A stretch of DNA of 64,000 bases from Oscillospiraceae bacterium (GTDB taxonomy: Bacteria > Bacillota > Clostridia > Saccharofermentanales > Fastidiosipilaceae): contig JASBZA010000005.1 in the NCBI GenBank assembly GCA_029983685.1, positions 16,798 to 80,797 of the forward strand, written 5' to 3'. Below are positions 18,605 to 26,867 of the stretch, piece by piece. The notes below the pieces were generated by a model. It was not told where the DNA came from and searched no databases. It saw only the letters and a list, made by a program, of their open reading frames with translations. Both the position numbers and the translations under genes were made by a program. Position 1 is the stretch's first letter, and each line of letters starts with the position of its first letter.

Positions 18605-18661
18605 AAGTTAGACACAGCTAACTTATGCTGGAATTGTAAGTTAGGTAACGCTAATTGTCAA
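18605..18661 (-). promoter_or_regulatory. feo promoter with two palindromic operator-like sites
   Basis: Minus strand: TTGACA (18661..18656), a 17-nt spacer, then TACAAT (18638..18633). The spacer is the palindrome AAGTTAGGTAACGCTAATT (18638..18656, plus-strand reading). The perfect 7-6-7 palindrome AAGTTAGACACAGCTAACTT (18605..18624) sits at about +2 to +21. Confidence 0.5.
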
Positions 18662-18716
18662 CAGAATGTACTCATTATTTTCTAAACTTGATTTGTAAGA
18701 CTTATCAGGACTAGAA

Positions 18717-21587
18717 CTATTCCATACCCCTACACCATCTGTGTCCGGCTGCCCATAAAGCCAAAATAGAAACCAGCATCCAGACTCCCCATACCGGGAT
18801 GGAAATAGAGCCTGAGAAAAAAGTGGATGCATCCGAAAAAAGATACATAGGTGTTAGAAAGCGGACGGAATCTCCGCCCAAGGTGTAGGCCGCTGCTGGG
18901 GCCAGTATAAACGGTATCAAGAGCAAGATCGTCCGTTCAAAATGCCCTCCCAACTCCGCCAGGAAAAGGCTCAGATGTGAAACAAGCAAAAGTCCCATAG
19001 CTTTCCATAGGTAAAGTAAGACCAAGGCGCCTGAAATGGTCGTAGGCCATTTAGCCAGCATATCCAAGCTTCCGGCAGGCGCCGGCAGAATTTGTTCACC
19101 TATTACGCTTATCGCTTCTTGCCACTCTCTAAAAAAGATCCAAAACCATACTGTGGCTGTCAGTGTAAGCGACACTGCATATTTTCGCCGAAAGAGCACG
19201 GAGCGACCGCCCGGACATGCCCGCAGGAGTCGACGTATATCGCCATCCTGCTCATAAGAGAAAAGCGGCGCTTGACTAAGTGCCAAAAAAGTTAACGCTA
19301 AAAAGCTATTATGCCGCTGCATGCGCCTAGACTGCTCCCCATAGATATTGAGGAAGGGAATCTCATCTATTAGATAATCCTCTTTACCTAATTGGGACAG
19401 CCTGGTATCCAATCGATCCAAAGCCATCTCAAATTCTGTGGTATCCACGTTAGACTTTCCCAATTTATTACGAGCTTGTTCCAGATAAAGATAGGTATCT
19501 TTTGTTACCGGACCTTCAATTTTGGCCAAATACTGCCGATACACCCGGTCCTCCGCCCTGTCATAGGCTCCGGTATTACATGAGATGTCTCGGGTAAATA
19601 CCAGCCCTAACAGAAGGATAAGACCTCCTGCACTTAAAAACAGAAATTTATATAGCTCCATCCCATATAGGCCGAGCCTCAGTCTTAGCTTGTCCCCCAA
19701 TTGGTTCCATAAATGCACCCAACGTCCCAGGAAATTACGATTTCCGAAAGGGTATCGTCTGGGCAAAACGTGTATAACTACCACCCCTAACCCCAGCAAC
19801 AGCAAAGCTCCAAGGACCAACAAAAAAGAACGCCGGCCTACCGGAAAGGTAAAGATATTAAGGTTTTCGTATTGAGTAAATAGACGGACAGGAAAGACAA
19901 AGGAAAATACATTGATAGATTGTAAAGGGCTAAGTAGAGAATGAACCGGAAGAAGGGTGTAGAGCAGGTATTCCGCTCCCAATCCCAATGCCGTCAGAAG
20001 CCAACTTAATTGAATATGTTCCAGAAAACTCAGCAGAACCCAGAATAGCATTCCCAACAAAAAGGCGGATAAAATCCTGATGAGATGTAAAACTATAATC
20101 GTCTCGATAACAGACAGCCGGATTGTACATGTTCGAAATTTAAATAAGGACTGCACCGGCCTAGACAAATCTTCCCAGCCGCCATCAAGGAGCAAAGATA
20201 GTATAAGGGGAAGTGTATACAGTAAAAAAGTCTGAACTACACAATAATTAAATAATGCCCGGAGACGTTTTTTTTGTAATGTAGATCTTCCTCCGGGGCA
20301 AGCTCGAATAATGGGCCATATTCCGGTCTCTAGTTCTTCCGGAAAACTCATCACGAAGAGAAGCACCATTAGTAACATGCTCCAATCCGCCAGGTGAGAA
20401 TCTAGCCAATCCACCACAGCACGATCATTGCCCATAGAGAGTCCCTGATCGGAGAGCGCGGCAAAATCCCGGGCTGTTTTGGTGATATTTCGGTAAACGA
20501 ATGTATCCGGGTCTGAACCGAATAAGCCTGTCGCCTGTAAAGCTTCCGCCTGCTTTTGTATGCGTACCAAATAGGCAGGATATTCCGCCAGATGTTTTGC
20601 CTGGTCCAATATACGAGACCGCTCTTCAGTCATATCCAGCCCCGAAGATAGACTTTGGACAATTTGCTCGGGAGGAATGTCTCGGTACGCTTCTACATAG
20701 GATCGATATTCTCCAGACTGAGACAACAGAGCCTCGGGATTTCTTCCGCTCTTCTGATAGAAAAAAAGCGTCAGGCACAACAGCGGAATAAAAATCATAG
20801 CAGCACGACGCTTACGCCGGGAAAAAATACGTCGCCATTCACTCATCGTCAGCCTCTCCCAGATAGTAGAGGTACACATCCTCCAGACTGGGGCATGAAG
20901 TATCGGAACCCAGTGCTCGGGCAAAGAGGAAATCAACGCTTTCGCCGTCCCGGAGCGCAGCAAACTTCCCTCCTGCAGCAATAAGATATAATCGGAAGTT
21001 GCCTCAATATCGCTAACAATATGGGTCGCCAACAAGACAATCCGATCATGAGCCAAAAGGCGGATATGTTCCCTTAGTCGAGCCCGTTCTTGCGGGTCCA
21101 GTCCCGCAGTAGGTTCATCCAGAATAAGTATTTTAGGGTCCCCCAATAAAGCCTGAGCCAAAAGCACTCTTTGTTTCATCCCACCGGAAAAACCTACGAT
21201 CTTCTCATGTCGAACATCAGTCAAATGGGTTCTTTCCAGTACCCGGTCCAACTCTACCTTAATTTTCCCGGAAGGAATTTCCTTAAGACGAGCCATATAA
21301 ACCAGGAAACTTTCTGCTGTCATGCTCTCATATAGACCTTGGCGCTGCGTCATGTAACCTAATAAGTGGCGATAGGCCCTGCCCATTTCCAGGATTTCTC
21401 GCCCGTCCAAAGTGATTGAACCCCCATCCCGACGCAGGTTATCCGTAATCAGGTTCATCATCGTGCTTTTACCCGCACCGTTCGCCCCCAGAATGCCGTA
21501 GATTCCCTCATGAAAGGCATAACTAAAGCAATCAAGTGCTGTCTTATCCCCGTACTTCTTTGTCAGCTCGATAAGTTTAAGCTCCAT
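18717..21587 (-). CDS. ABC transporter: ATP-binding domain fused in frame to a 709-aa tandem-duplicated ABC-2-like permease. Probably two genes (ATPase 20839..21587, permease 18717..20846) joined by a 1-nt frameshift.
   Basis: Walker A GANGAGKST, signature FSGGMKQR, Walker B ILILDEPT and H-loop LLATH are followed without a stop by MSEWRRIFSRRKRR... and about 12 TM helices. The shifted frame encodes PSLEDVYLYYLGEADDE* and overlaps the internal ATG at 20846. Confidence 0.7.
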   Translation of the reverse strand: MELKLIELTKKYGDKTALDCFSYAFHEGIYGILGANGAGKSTMMNLITDNLRRDGGSITLDGREILEMGRAYRHLLGYMTQRQGLYESMTAESFLVYMARLKEIPSGKIKVELDRVLERTHLTDVRHEKIVGFSGGMKQRVLLAQALLGDPKILILDEPTAGLDPQERARLREHIRLLAHDRIVLLATHIVSDIEATSDYILLLQEGSLLRSGTAKALISSLPEHWVPILHAPVWRMCTSTIWERLTMSEWRRIFSRRKRRAAMIFIPLLCLTLFFYQKSGRNPEALLSQSGEYRSYVEAYRDIPPEQIVQSLSSGLDMTEERSRILDQAKHLAEYPAYLVRIQKQAEALQATGLFGSDPDTFVYRNITKTARDFAALSDQGLSMGNDRAVVDWLDSHLADWSMLLMVLLFVMSFPEELETGIWPIIRACPGGRSTLQKKRLRALFNYCVVQTFLLYTLPLILSLLLDGGWEDLSRPVQSLFKFRTCTIRLSVIETIIVLHLIRILSAFLLGMLFWVLLSFLEHIQLSWLLTALGLGAEYLLYTLLPVHSLLSPLQSINVFSFVFPVRLFTQYENLNIFTFPVGRRSFLLVLGALLLLGLGVVVIHVLPRRYPFGNRNFLGRWVHLWNQLGDKLRLRLGLYGMELYKFLFLSAGGLILLLGLVFTRDISCNTGAYDRAEDRVYRQYLAKIEGPVTKDTYLYLEQARNKLGKSNVDTTEFEMALDRLDTRLSQLGKEDYLIDEIPFLNIYGEQSRRMQRHNSFLALTFLALSQAPLFSYEQDGDIRRLLRACPGGRSVLFRRKYAVSLTLTATVWFWIFFREWQEAISVIGEQILPAPAGSLDMLAKWPTTISGALVLLYLWKAMGLLLVSHLSLFLAELGGHFERTILLLIPFILAPAAAYTLGGDSVRFLTPMYLFSDASTFFSGSISIPVWGVWMLVSILALWAAGHRWCRGME

Positions 21588-21596
21588 GGAAGGCCT

Positions 21597-22793
21597 CTAA
21601 TTTACGCTGCTCCAAAGAAGAGTAGGTGCAAGATTATTATGGACATCTAGCATTAAGGTATAATCCTCCATACCCTGCGTCCCCAAATTGCTCATGTTCA
21701 GGATGAGTTTATCCTTGTCTCCCCCGACAATCATTGGATTCCAAGTGTTTAAATCACCCTCGAAACCGGGGATACCCTGGGGAAGCAAAGGACCATCGTA
21801 AAGGACTTCTCCGGAGAAATTAACAATTTGAACAAGATATATCTCGTCTTTCCGTGCTAAACGGACGGCTACATCATCCATTGCATAGAGGTTTGCCTCA
21901 CCATCCCAAGCCTTAATTTCCGCAGTTTTACCCTCTTCCAGTTTATTGAGAGACTGGATCGTATCACTTGCTGCCGGCATATAAATCTCGCCTTCTTCAC
22001 TCACCCATAACGGTCTTGGAGACATTTCCGTTTCGTTTTCCTGGTAGATAGTCTCCGAACTACCGTCCGCCAGGTTATATCTCAGTATCGTCAGGTTAAT
22101 ACGTCCTTCCTGAGTAAAGGCAGGCAAAGAAAGATAGGCTGTATCACCCTTGAAAAAAACTGTAGGATTTATATTTCCATCCCAAGTCTGATCATAAAGT
22201 GTCGCAAACGCTTCTCCATCACCTAAAGAAGTGCTAAGAAGGGAGATTCGTGTAACAGGGCTAACCCCATCCTTCCCCACGGTATCTGCCTTGCCCAAGA
22301 GATAGAGCTTGCCTCTATGTACTATATATCTCTGAGGCTGGTAAGGAAGAATCACCTCATCAAAGCTGAGCTTCTTCAGCTTTTCTCTACCGCGACCGAA
22401 TAGATCTTGCCGCCAGAGATACTCCTCTCGGCCGGCACTGCTTGTGTCCGGTGCGATTAAATAGAGCATATCATCGTAGACAGATAAGCCGGCGCCTGAT
22501 TGAATATGGGCACTGCAGGTCGCATCTTCATGTGTACAGGCCGGGTCGGGACATAAGACTCCGGATGTAGCTGAGGACTTATCGTAGTAAAACAAGGTGC
22601 TTCCTATAAGATTAGTTCCGCAGAAGATACGGTCTGTCTCCTGAAAACTGACAGCACCGGAAAGTGCGTACTTATTCTGGAAATCATGGCCCGACAAATC
22701 CAGGTTCACATGGGAGTCTTTGTCCACAGGTCCGGCACAACTAGTCAGAAATAGACTGCAAAGCAGAATCCCTGTTAAAAATCGACTATGCAT
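21597..22793 (-). CDS. Lipoprotein, repeat-rich (beta-propeller-like, DUF5050-like)
   Basis: Signal peptide with lipobox LTSCAG. Cysteine cluster LCPDPACTHEDATCSA. Recurring ...LYL/YYD... strand-like repeats. The stop is 9 nt before the ABC ATPase start. Confidence 0.6.
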   Translation of the reverse strand: MHSRFLTGILLCSLFLTSCAGPVDKDSHVNLDLSGHDFQNKYALSGAVSFQETDRIFCGTNLIGSTLFYYDKSSATSGVLCPDPACTHEDATCSAHIQSGAGLSVYDDMLYLIAPDTSSAGREEYLWRQDLFGRGREKLKKLSFDEVILPYQPQRYIVHRGKLYLLGKADTVGKDGVSPVTRISLLSTSLGDGEAFATLYDQTWDGNINPTVFFKGDTAYLSLPAFTQEGRINLTILRYNLADGSSETIYQENETEMSPRPLWVSEEGEIYMPAASDTIQSLNKLEEGKTAEIKAWDGEANLYAMDDVAVRLARKDEIYLVQIVNFSGEVLYDGPLLPQGIPGFEGDLNTWNPMIVGGDKDKLILNMSNLGTQGMEDYTLMLDVHNNLAPTLLWSSVN

Positions 22794-22939
22794 ATGAACT
22801 CCTTGTAAGAAGGCAATACGACTTCTCTTGTGATATTAAATACAAAAATATCATTATTCTATATTTAACTCAAGTCTTTAATGGCATACACATTTATATT
22901 GTGGTGTTATGTCCAAAAAAAAAGATACAATCGTACTGT

Positions 22940-22976
22940 AAAAAAAGAGAAGCAGCTACTTGCTCCTTCTCTTTTT
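22940..22976 (-). terminator. Rho-independent terminator after lon
   Basis: AGAGAAG (22946..22952) pairs with CTTCTCT (22966..22972). It is flanked by A/T runs, giving a U-tract on the minus-strand transcript. Confidence 0.6.
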
Positions 22977-22997
22977 CGTAAATTCTAACAAAGGACG

Positions 22998-25409
22998 TTA
23001 GCTAAAAATATGATCCAAAAGTTCCTGCCCGGAAGAAACCTTACTAACCTCCAGCCGGTCTAAGACTTCAGGGGCAACCTCATCTAAGTCGCGGCCGTTT
23101 TCTTCCGGTATAAAAACCTTCTTAATTCCGGCACGGTCCGCCGCTATAAGTTTCTCCTTTAATCCTCCAATAGGTAAAACCCGACCGCTCAAAGTAATTT
23201 CCCCTGTCATGGCCAGGTCTGCATTAATCTTAGTTTTAGTAATAGCCGATAGAATAGCGGTCGTCAAAGTGACGCCGGCAGATGGCCCGTCTTTGGGTAC
23301 AGCCCCGGCAGGTACGTGTACATGGATATCGTGCTTATCGAAATAATCTTCTCCAATTTTAAACTGGTCACTCAAACTTCTGACGTAGGCCAATGCCACC
23401 TGGCAGGACTCTTGCATGACGTCCCCCAACTGCCCTGTGATACGGAGTCTCCCCTTCCCCGGCATAACCTGCGCTTCAATTTCCAGCGTATCGCCGCCGG
23501 ATGCTGTCCAGGCCAGACCTCTAACCAAGCCTATGCGCGCCTGACGGCCTACCTTGTCGTAGAAGTATTTAGGCTTTCCGGCATAATTTATCAGACTATC
23601 TTTGGTCACTGTTATTTTCTCTACAGTTTCTCCTCTGTCTTTTTTACCGGCTATCTCCAATGCCACTTTGCGACAAACTTTACCAATGACGCGTTCCAGC
23701 TGTCTCACACCGGCTTCGGCTGTATAATTATTAATGAGGTCTAGGATTGCCGACTTATAAAGTGTCAGATTTTGACCGCTTAGTGCATTTTCGTCCAGCT
23801 GCTTAGGGATAAGATGCCTCCTGGCAATCTGATATTTTTCAATTAGTGTATAACCGTTAAGCTCTATAATTTCCATTCGGTCCAAGAGTGGCTGAGGAAT
23901 TAAATCACGTCGATTAGCCGTTGTGATAAAGAGAACCTGTGAAAGATCATAGGGAACCTCTAAATAATGGTCTCTAAAGTTATTGTTCTGTTCAGGGTCC
24001 AAAACTTCAAGCAAAGCGGAAGTCGGATCTCCCTTATAATCGGAAGACAATTTATCAATCTCATCCATAAGAATCAAGGGATTGTCCGATCCTGCTTGAA
24101 TCAGGGCGTTGATAATACGACCGGGCATGGCACCGATGTAGGTTTTACGGTGGCCCCTAATCTCCGCTTCATCTGTTACACCGCCCAAAGACATACGTAC
24201 ATAGTCACGTCCCATAGCCCTGGCAATCGAAGCCGCTATAGAGGTCTTCCCGACGCCCGGCGGTCCTACAAGACACAAGATAGGACCCTTAGATTCCTTT
24301 TCCCCCTTCTCAGCTCTTAGCTTCTGGACGGCAATAAATTCCATAATTCTTTCTTTGACGTCGTCCAGTGCATAGTGGTCTTTATTTAAAGCTTTCTCTA
24401 TCCGTGTTATATTGTAATTGACAGACCGCACCTTACCCCAAGACAGGTCAAAGATGGTATCCAGGTAAGACCTGGTCAAAGCAATTTCAGGGCTCTGGCC
24501 GGGATAGAGACTTAATTTATGTATCTCTTTAAGAATCTTCTCTTTATACTTTTCTTCTAGGTCAATAGCCTCGAGTTTTTCTACATACTCTCCGATTACG
24601 CGGTCCGGGCTGGCATCATCACCCAATTCTTCGGAGATTACACGAATCTGCTCTCTTAAAAAGTAATCGCGTTGATTCTTATCCACATTTAAACGAACCT
24701 TGGCTTCAATTTCCTTTTCCAAACGGTTCAAATTGATATTAACAGTAAGTCTCTCCAGAAGTACATTTAGACGATCTTCAAGCTCGGGCAAATTAAGATA
24801 GCTTTGCCTATCTTCGGCATCAGATAAAATCTGTCCTGCAACACGATCGACAAAACGTTCGTCATCCTTTTCAGCTTCAAACTGCGTCACGCTTTCAGGG
24901 CTTTGGCGGTTTGATTCCAAACTATAGGTTCTAAAAAGATCTTCCAAGACCCGCCTTTTAGCTGCAACTTGTATAAGGTCGGAAGCTGATATGGGTTTTT
25001 CTCGCAACAAGCGGACATTGGGAATCTCACTATAGGCAATATTCGCCAGAGGCTTTTGCTCATAAAGTTCCAATACCTCATTTGTCAACTGAATTCTTCT
25101 AAGGCCTTGTAAAGTAACGCGCAAAATACCTGTATTGTTGACTTCAACAACGTGCTCCACTTTGGCCAAAGTGCCAATTCTTTCTAAATCATGGTAGGAG
25201 GGTAATTCATCATCGCCGTCTATCTGGCTGAATACAGCTAAGAAAAGGTCGTCCGCAACAGCTGTCTCGACAGCGTCTCTAGAATGTTCTCGTTGAACAT
25301 CCAGTGTAATCTTAAGCTCGGGTATCAGGACAATATTCCGTAAAGCCAAAACAGGCAGAGTCAACTCAACCAGATTCATTAAATTATCTTCTGTCATATA
25401 CAATTTCAT
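22998..25409 (-). CDS. lon: ATP-dependent protease Lon (LonA)
   Basis: N-terminal LON domain (LPVLALRNIVLIPE), AAA+ GPPGVGKTS, and a protease domain with PKDGPSAGVT. The exact start (25409, 25397 or 25379) is uncertain. Confidence 0.95.
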   Translation of the reverse strand: MKLYMTEDNLMNLVELTLPVLALRNIVLIPELKITLDVQREHSRDAVETAVADDLFLAVFSQIDGDDELPSYHDLERIGTLAKVEHVVEVNNTGILRVTLQGLRRIQLTNEVLELYEQKPLANIAYSEIPNVRLLREKPISASDLIQVAAKRRVLEDLFRTYSLESNRQSPESVTQFEAEKDDERFVDRVAGQILSDAEDRQSYLNLPELEDRLNVLLERLTVNINLNRLEKEIEAKVRLNVDKNQRDYFLREQIRVISEELGDDASPDRVIGEYVEKLEAIDLEEKYKEKILKEIHKLSLYPGQSPEIALTRSYLDTIFDLSWGKVRSVNYNITRIEKALNKDHYALDDVKERIMEFIAVQKLRAEKGEKESKGPILCLVGPPGVGKTSIAASIARAMGRDYVRMSLGGVTDEAEIRGHRKTYIGAMPGRIINALIQAGSDNPLILMDEIDKLSSDYKGDPTSALLEVLDPEQNNNFRDHYLEVPYDLSQVLFITTANRRDLIPQPLLDRMEIIELNGYTLIEKYQIARRHLIPKQLDENALSGQNLTLYKSAILDLINNYTAEAGVRQLERVIGKVCRKVALEIAGKKDRGETVEKITVTKDSLINYAGKPKYFYDKVGRQARIGLVRGLAWTASGGDTLEIEAQVMPGKGRLRITGQLGDVMQESCQVALAYVRSLSDQFKIGEDYFDKHDIHVHVPAGAVPKDGPSAGVTLTTAILSAITKTKINADLAMTGEITLSGRVLPIGGLKEKLIAADRAGIKKVFIPEENGRDLDEVAPEVLDRLEVSKVSSGQELLDHIFS

Positions 25410-25415
25410 CCATTA

Positions 25416-25454
25416 TATAAAAAGCCCCTGAGCCGGAAACGGCTCAAGAGCTTC
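25416..25454 (-). terminator. Rho-independent terminator after tuf
   Basis: Minus-strand AAGCTCTTGAGCCG-tttc-CGGCTCAGGGGCTT followed by TTTTATA. Confidence 0.6.
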
Positions 25455-25488
25455 AAAACTAAGTATCAGTTAAAAAGATTCAGAGTAA

Positions 25489-26697
25489 TTACTCGTTAAT
25501 CTTGGTAACAGTACCGGCACCTACGGTGTGGCCACCTTCGCGGATAGCGAAACGCATACCTTGCTCCATAGCAACCGGAGTAATGAGCTTAACGTCGATT
25601 TCAACGTTGTCACCGGGCATTACCATGTCGGTTCCTTCGGGGAGGTTCATAACGCCGGTAACATCAGTTGTTCTAAAGAAGAACTGAGGACGATAGCCGG
25701 AGAAGAAAGGCTTATGACGGCCACCTTCAGCCTGGGTCAGAACGTAAATCTGGCCATTGAAATCAGTATGAGGTGTGATGGTACCGGGTTTAGCGATAAC
25801 CTGTCCACGCTCGATATCTGTACGGTCGACACCACGGAGCAAAGCACCGACATTGTCACCGGCACGGGCTTCTTCGAGCATCTTGTGGAACATCTCGAGA
25901 CCGGTAATAGTGGTAGTTCTGGGCTCATCCTGGAGACCGACAATTTCAGCCTGGTCACCGACCTTCATCGTACCACGCTCAACACGACCGGTAGCAACTG
26001 TACCACGACCGGAAATGGTGAAGACGTCTTCAACAGGCAGCAAGAAGGGACGATCGGTAGGGCGCTCGGGAGTAGGGATATACTCGTCAACAGCGTCCAT
26101 CAACTCAACAATGCAAGCATACTCAGGAGCATTGATATCAGTGCTGTCACACTCGAGAACCTGCAGAGCGGATCCCTTGATTACAGGGCAATTGTCACCG
26201 TCAAATTCGTACTCATCCAAGAGTTCACGGATTTCCATCTCAACTAATTCTAAGAGCTCTTCGTCATCCACCTGGTCAACCTTGTTCATGAAAACAACGA
26301 TGTAGGGAACACCAACCTGGCGAGCTAACAGAATGTGCTCGCGAGTCTGAGGCATAACACCGTCAGCCGAAGAGACAACAAGAATAGCACCGTCCATCTG
26401 GGCAGCACCGGTAATCATGTTCTTAACATAGTCGGCGTGTCCGGGGCAGTCAACGTGAGCATAGTGGCGGTTAGCAGTCTCATACTCAACGTGAGAGGTG
26501 TTAATCGTGATACCACGCTCTCTCTCTTCAGGAGCCTTGTCAATATTAGCGTAATCAGTAAAGGTGTTATCCTGACCGTCTTGTAAAGATAAAACCTTGG
26601 TGATGGCAGCTGTCAATGTGGTCTTACCGTGGTCAACATGGCCTAAAGTACCGATGTTGGCGTGGGGTTTATTTCTTTCAAATTTTGCTTTACCCAT
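25489..26697 (-). CDS. tuf: Elongation factor Tu
   Basis: [18 protein letters not shown] and NKVD motifs, with full-length similarity to EF-Tu. Confidence 0.97.
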   Translation of the reverse strand: MGKAKFERNKPHANIGTLGHVDHGKTTLTAAITKVLSLQDGQDNTFTDYANIDKAPEERERGITINTSHVEYETANRHYAHVDCPGHADYVKNMITGAAQMDGAILVVSSADGVMPQTREHILLARQVGVPYIVVFMNKVDQVDDEELLELVEMEIRELLDEYEFDGDNCPVIKGSALQVLECDSTDINAPEYACIVELMDAVDEYIPTPERPTDRPFLLPVEDVFTISGRGTVATGRVERGTMKVGDQAEIVGLQDEPRTTTITGLEMFHKMLEEARAGDNVGALLRGVDRTDIERGQVIAKPGTITPHTDFNGQIYVLTQAEGGRHKPFFSGYRPQFFFRTTDVTGVMNLPEGTDMVMPGDNVEIDVKLITPVAMEQGMRFAIREGGHTVGAGTVTKINE

Positions 26698-26776
26698 TTC
26701 TAATAATCCTCCTAATTGCGACTCTCGGTAAAGAGCCTTTTCTTTTATTTACTTATTCGGCTGACACCTACAAGGT

Positions 26777-26804
26777 ATTTTACACTAAAACCTGCTTTTA
26801 GCAA
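26777..26804 (-). promoter_or_regulatory. Possible internal promoter for tuf in the fusA-tuf spacer
   Basis: Minus strand: TTGCTA (26804..26799), a 16-nt spacer, then TAAAAT (26782..26777). It lies in a 170-nt intergenic region. Confidence 0.3.
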
Positions 26805-26867
26805 GGCTTTAAGTCGCTACCGAAGGTGCCGGCCTAACTAAATAATTTCTGTAGTAAACCCAAGGGC

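Noticed and set aside
18641-18832. 63-aa minus-strand ORF spanning the ABC stop and the feo promoter
   Set aside because: It overlaps the 3' end of the 956-aa gene and the -35 region. It is more simply explained as non-coding promoter DNA.
20900-21060. The alternative frame upstream of the LEDVYL motif stays open for more than 50 codons (…AAGGKFAALRDGESVDFLFARALGSDTSC…)
   Set aside because: The main frame in the same stretch carries the unmistakable D-loop/H-loop end of the NBD (LLATHIVSDIEATSDYILLLQEGSLLRSG). The open alternative frame is therefore most likely chance. Only its last ~17 codons look genuine.
22832-22852. Inverted repeat GATATT-N9-AATATC and an A9 tract (22917..22925) upstream of the lipoprotein-ABC operon
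   Set aside because: The DNA is AT-rich, and short AT palindromes are expected by chance there. I could not tie it to convincing -35/-10 hexamers, so it is not reported as a feature.
25528-26305. Long plus-strand ORFs (239 aa and 176 aa) inside tuf
   Set aside because: They are antisense to an unmistakable EF-Tu gene. The sequences are low-complexity (Ser/Thr/Val-rich) with no RBS. They are a typical artefact of codon bias on the opposite strand. The same applies to antisense ORFs inside fusA, pyk, lon, pcrA, gap and the P-type ATPase.
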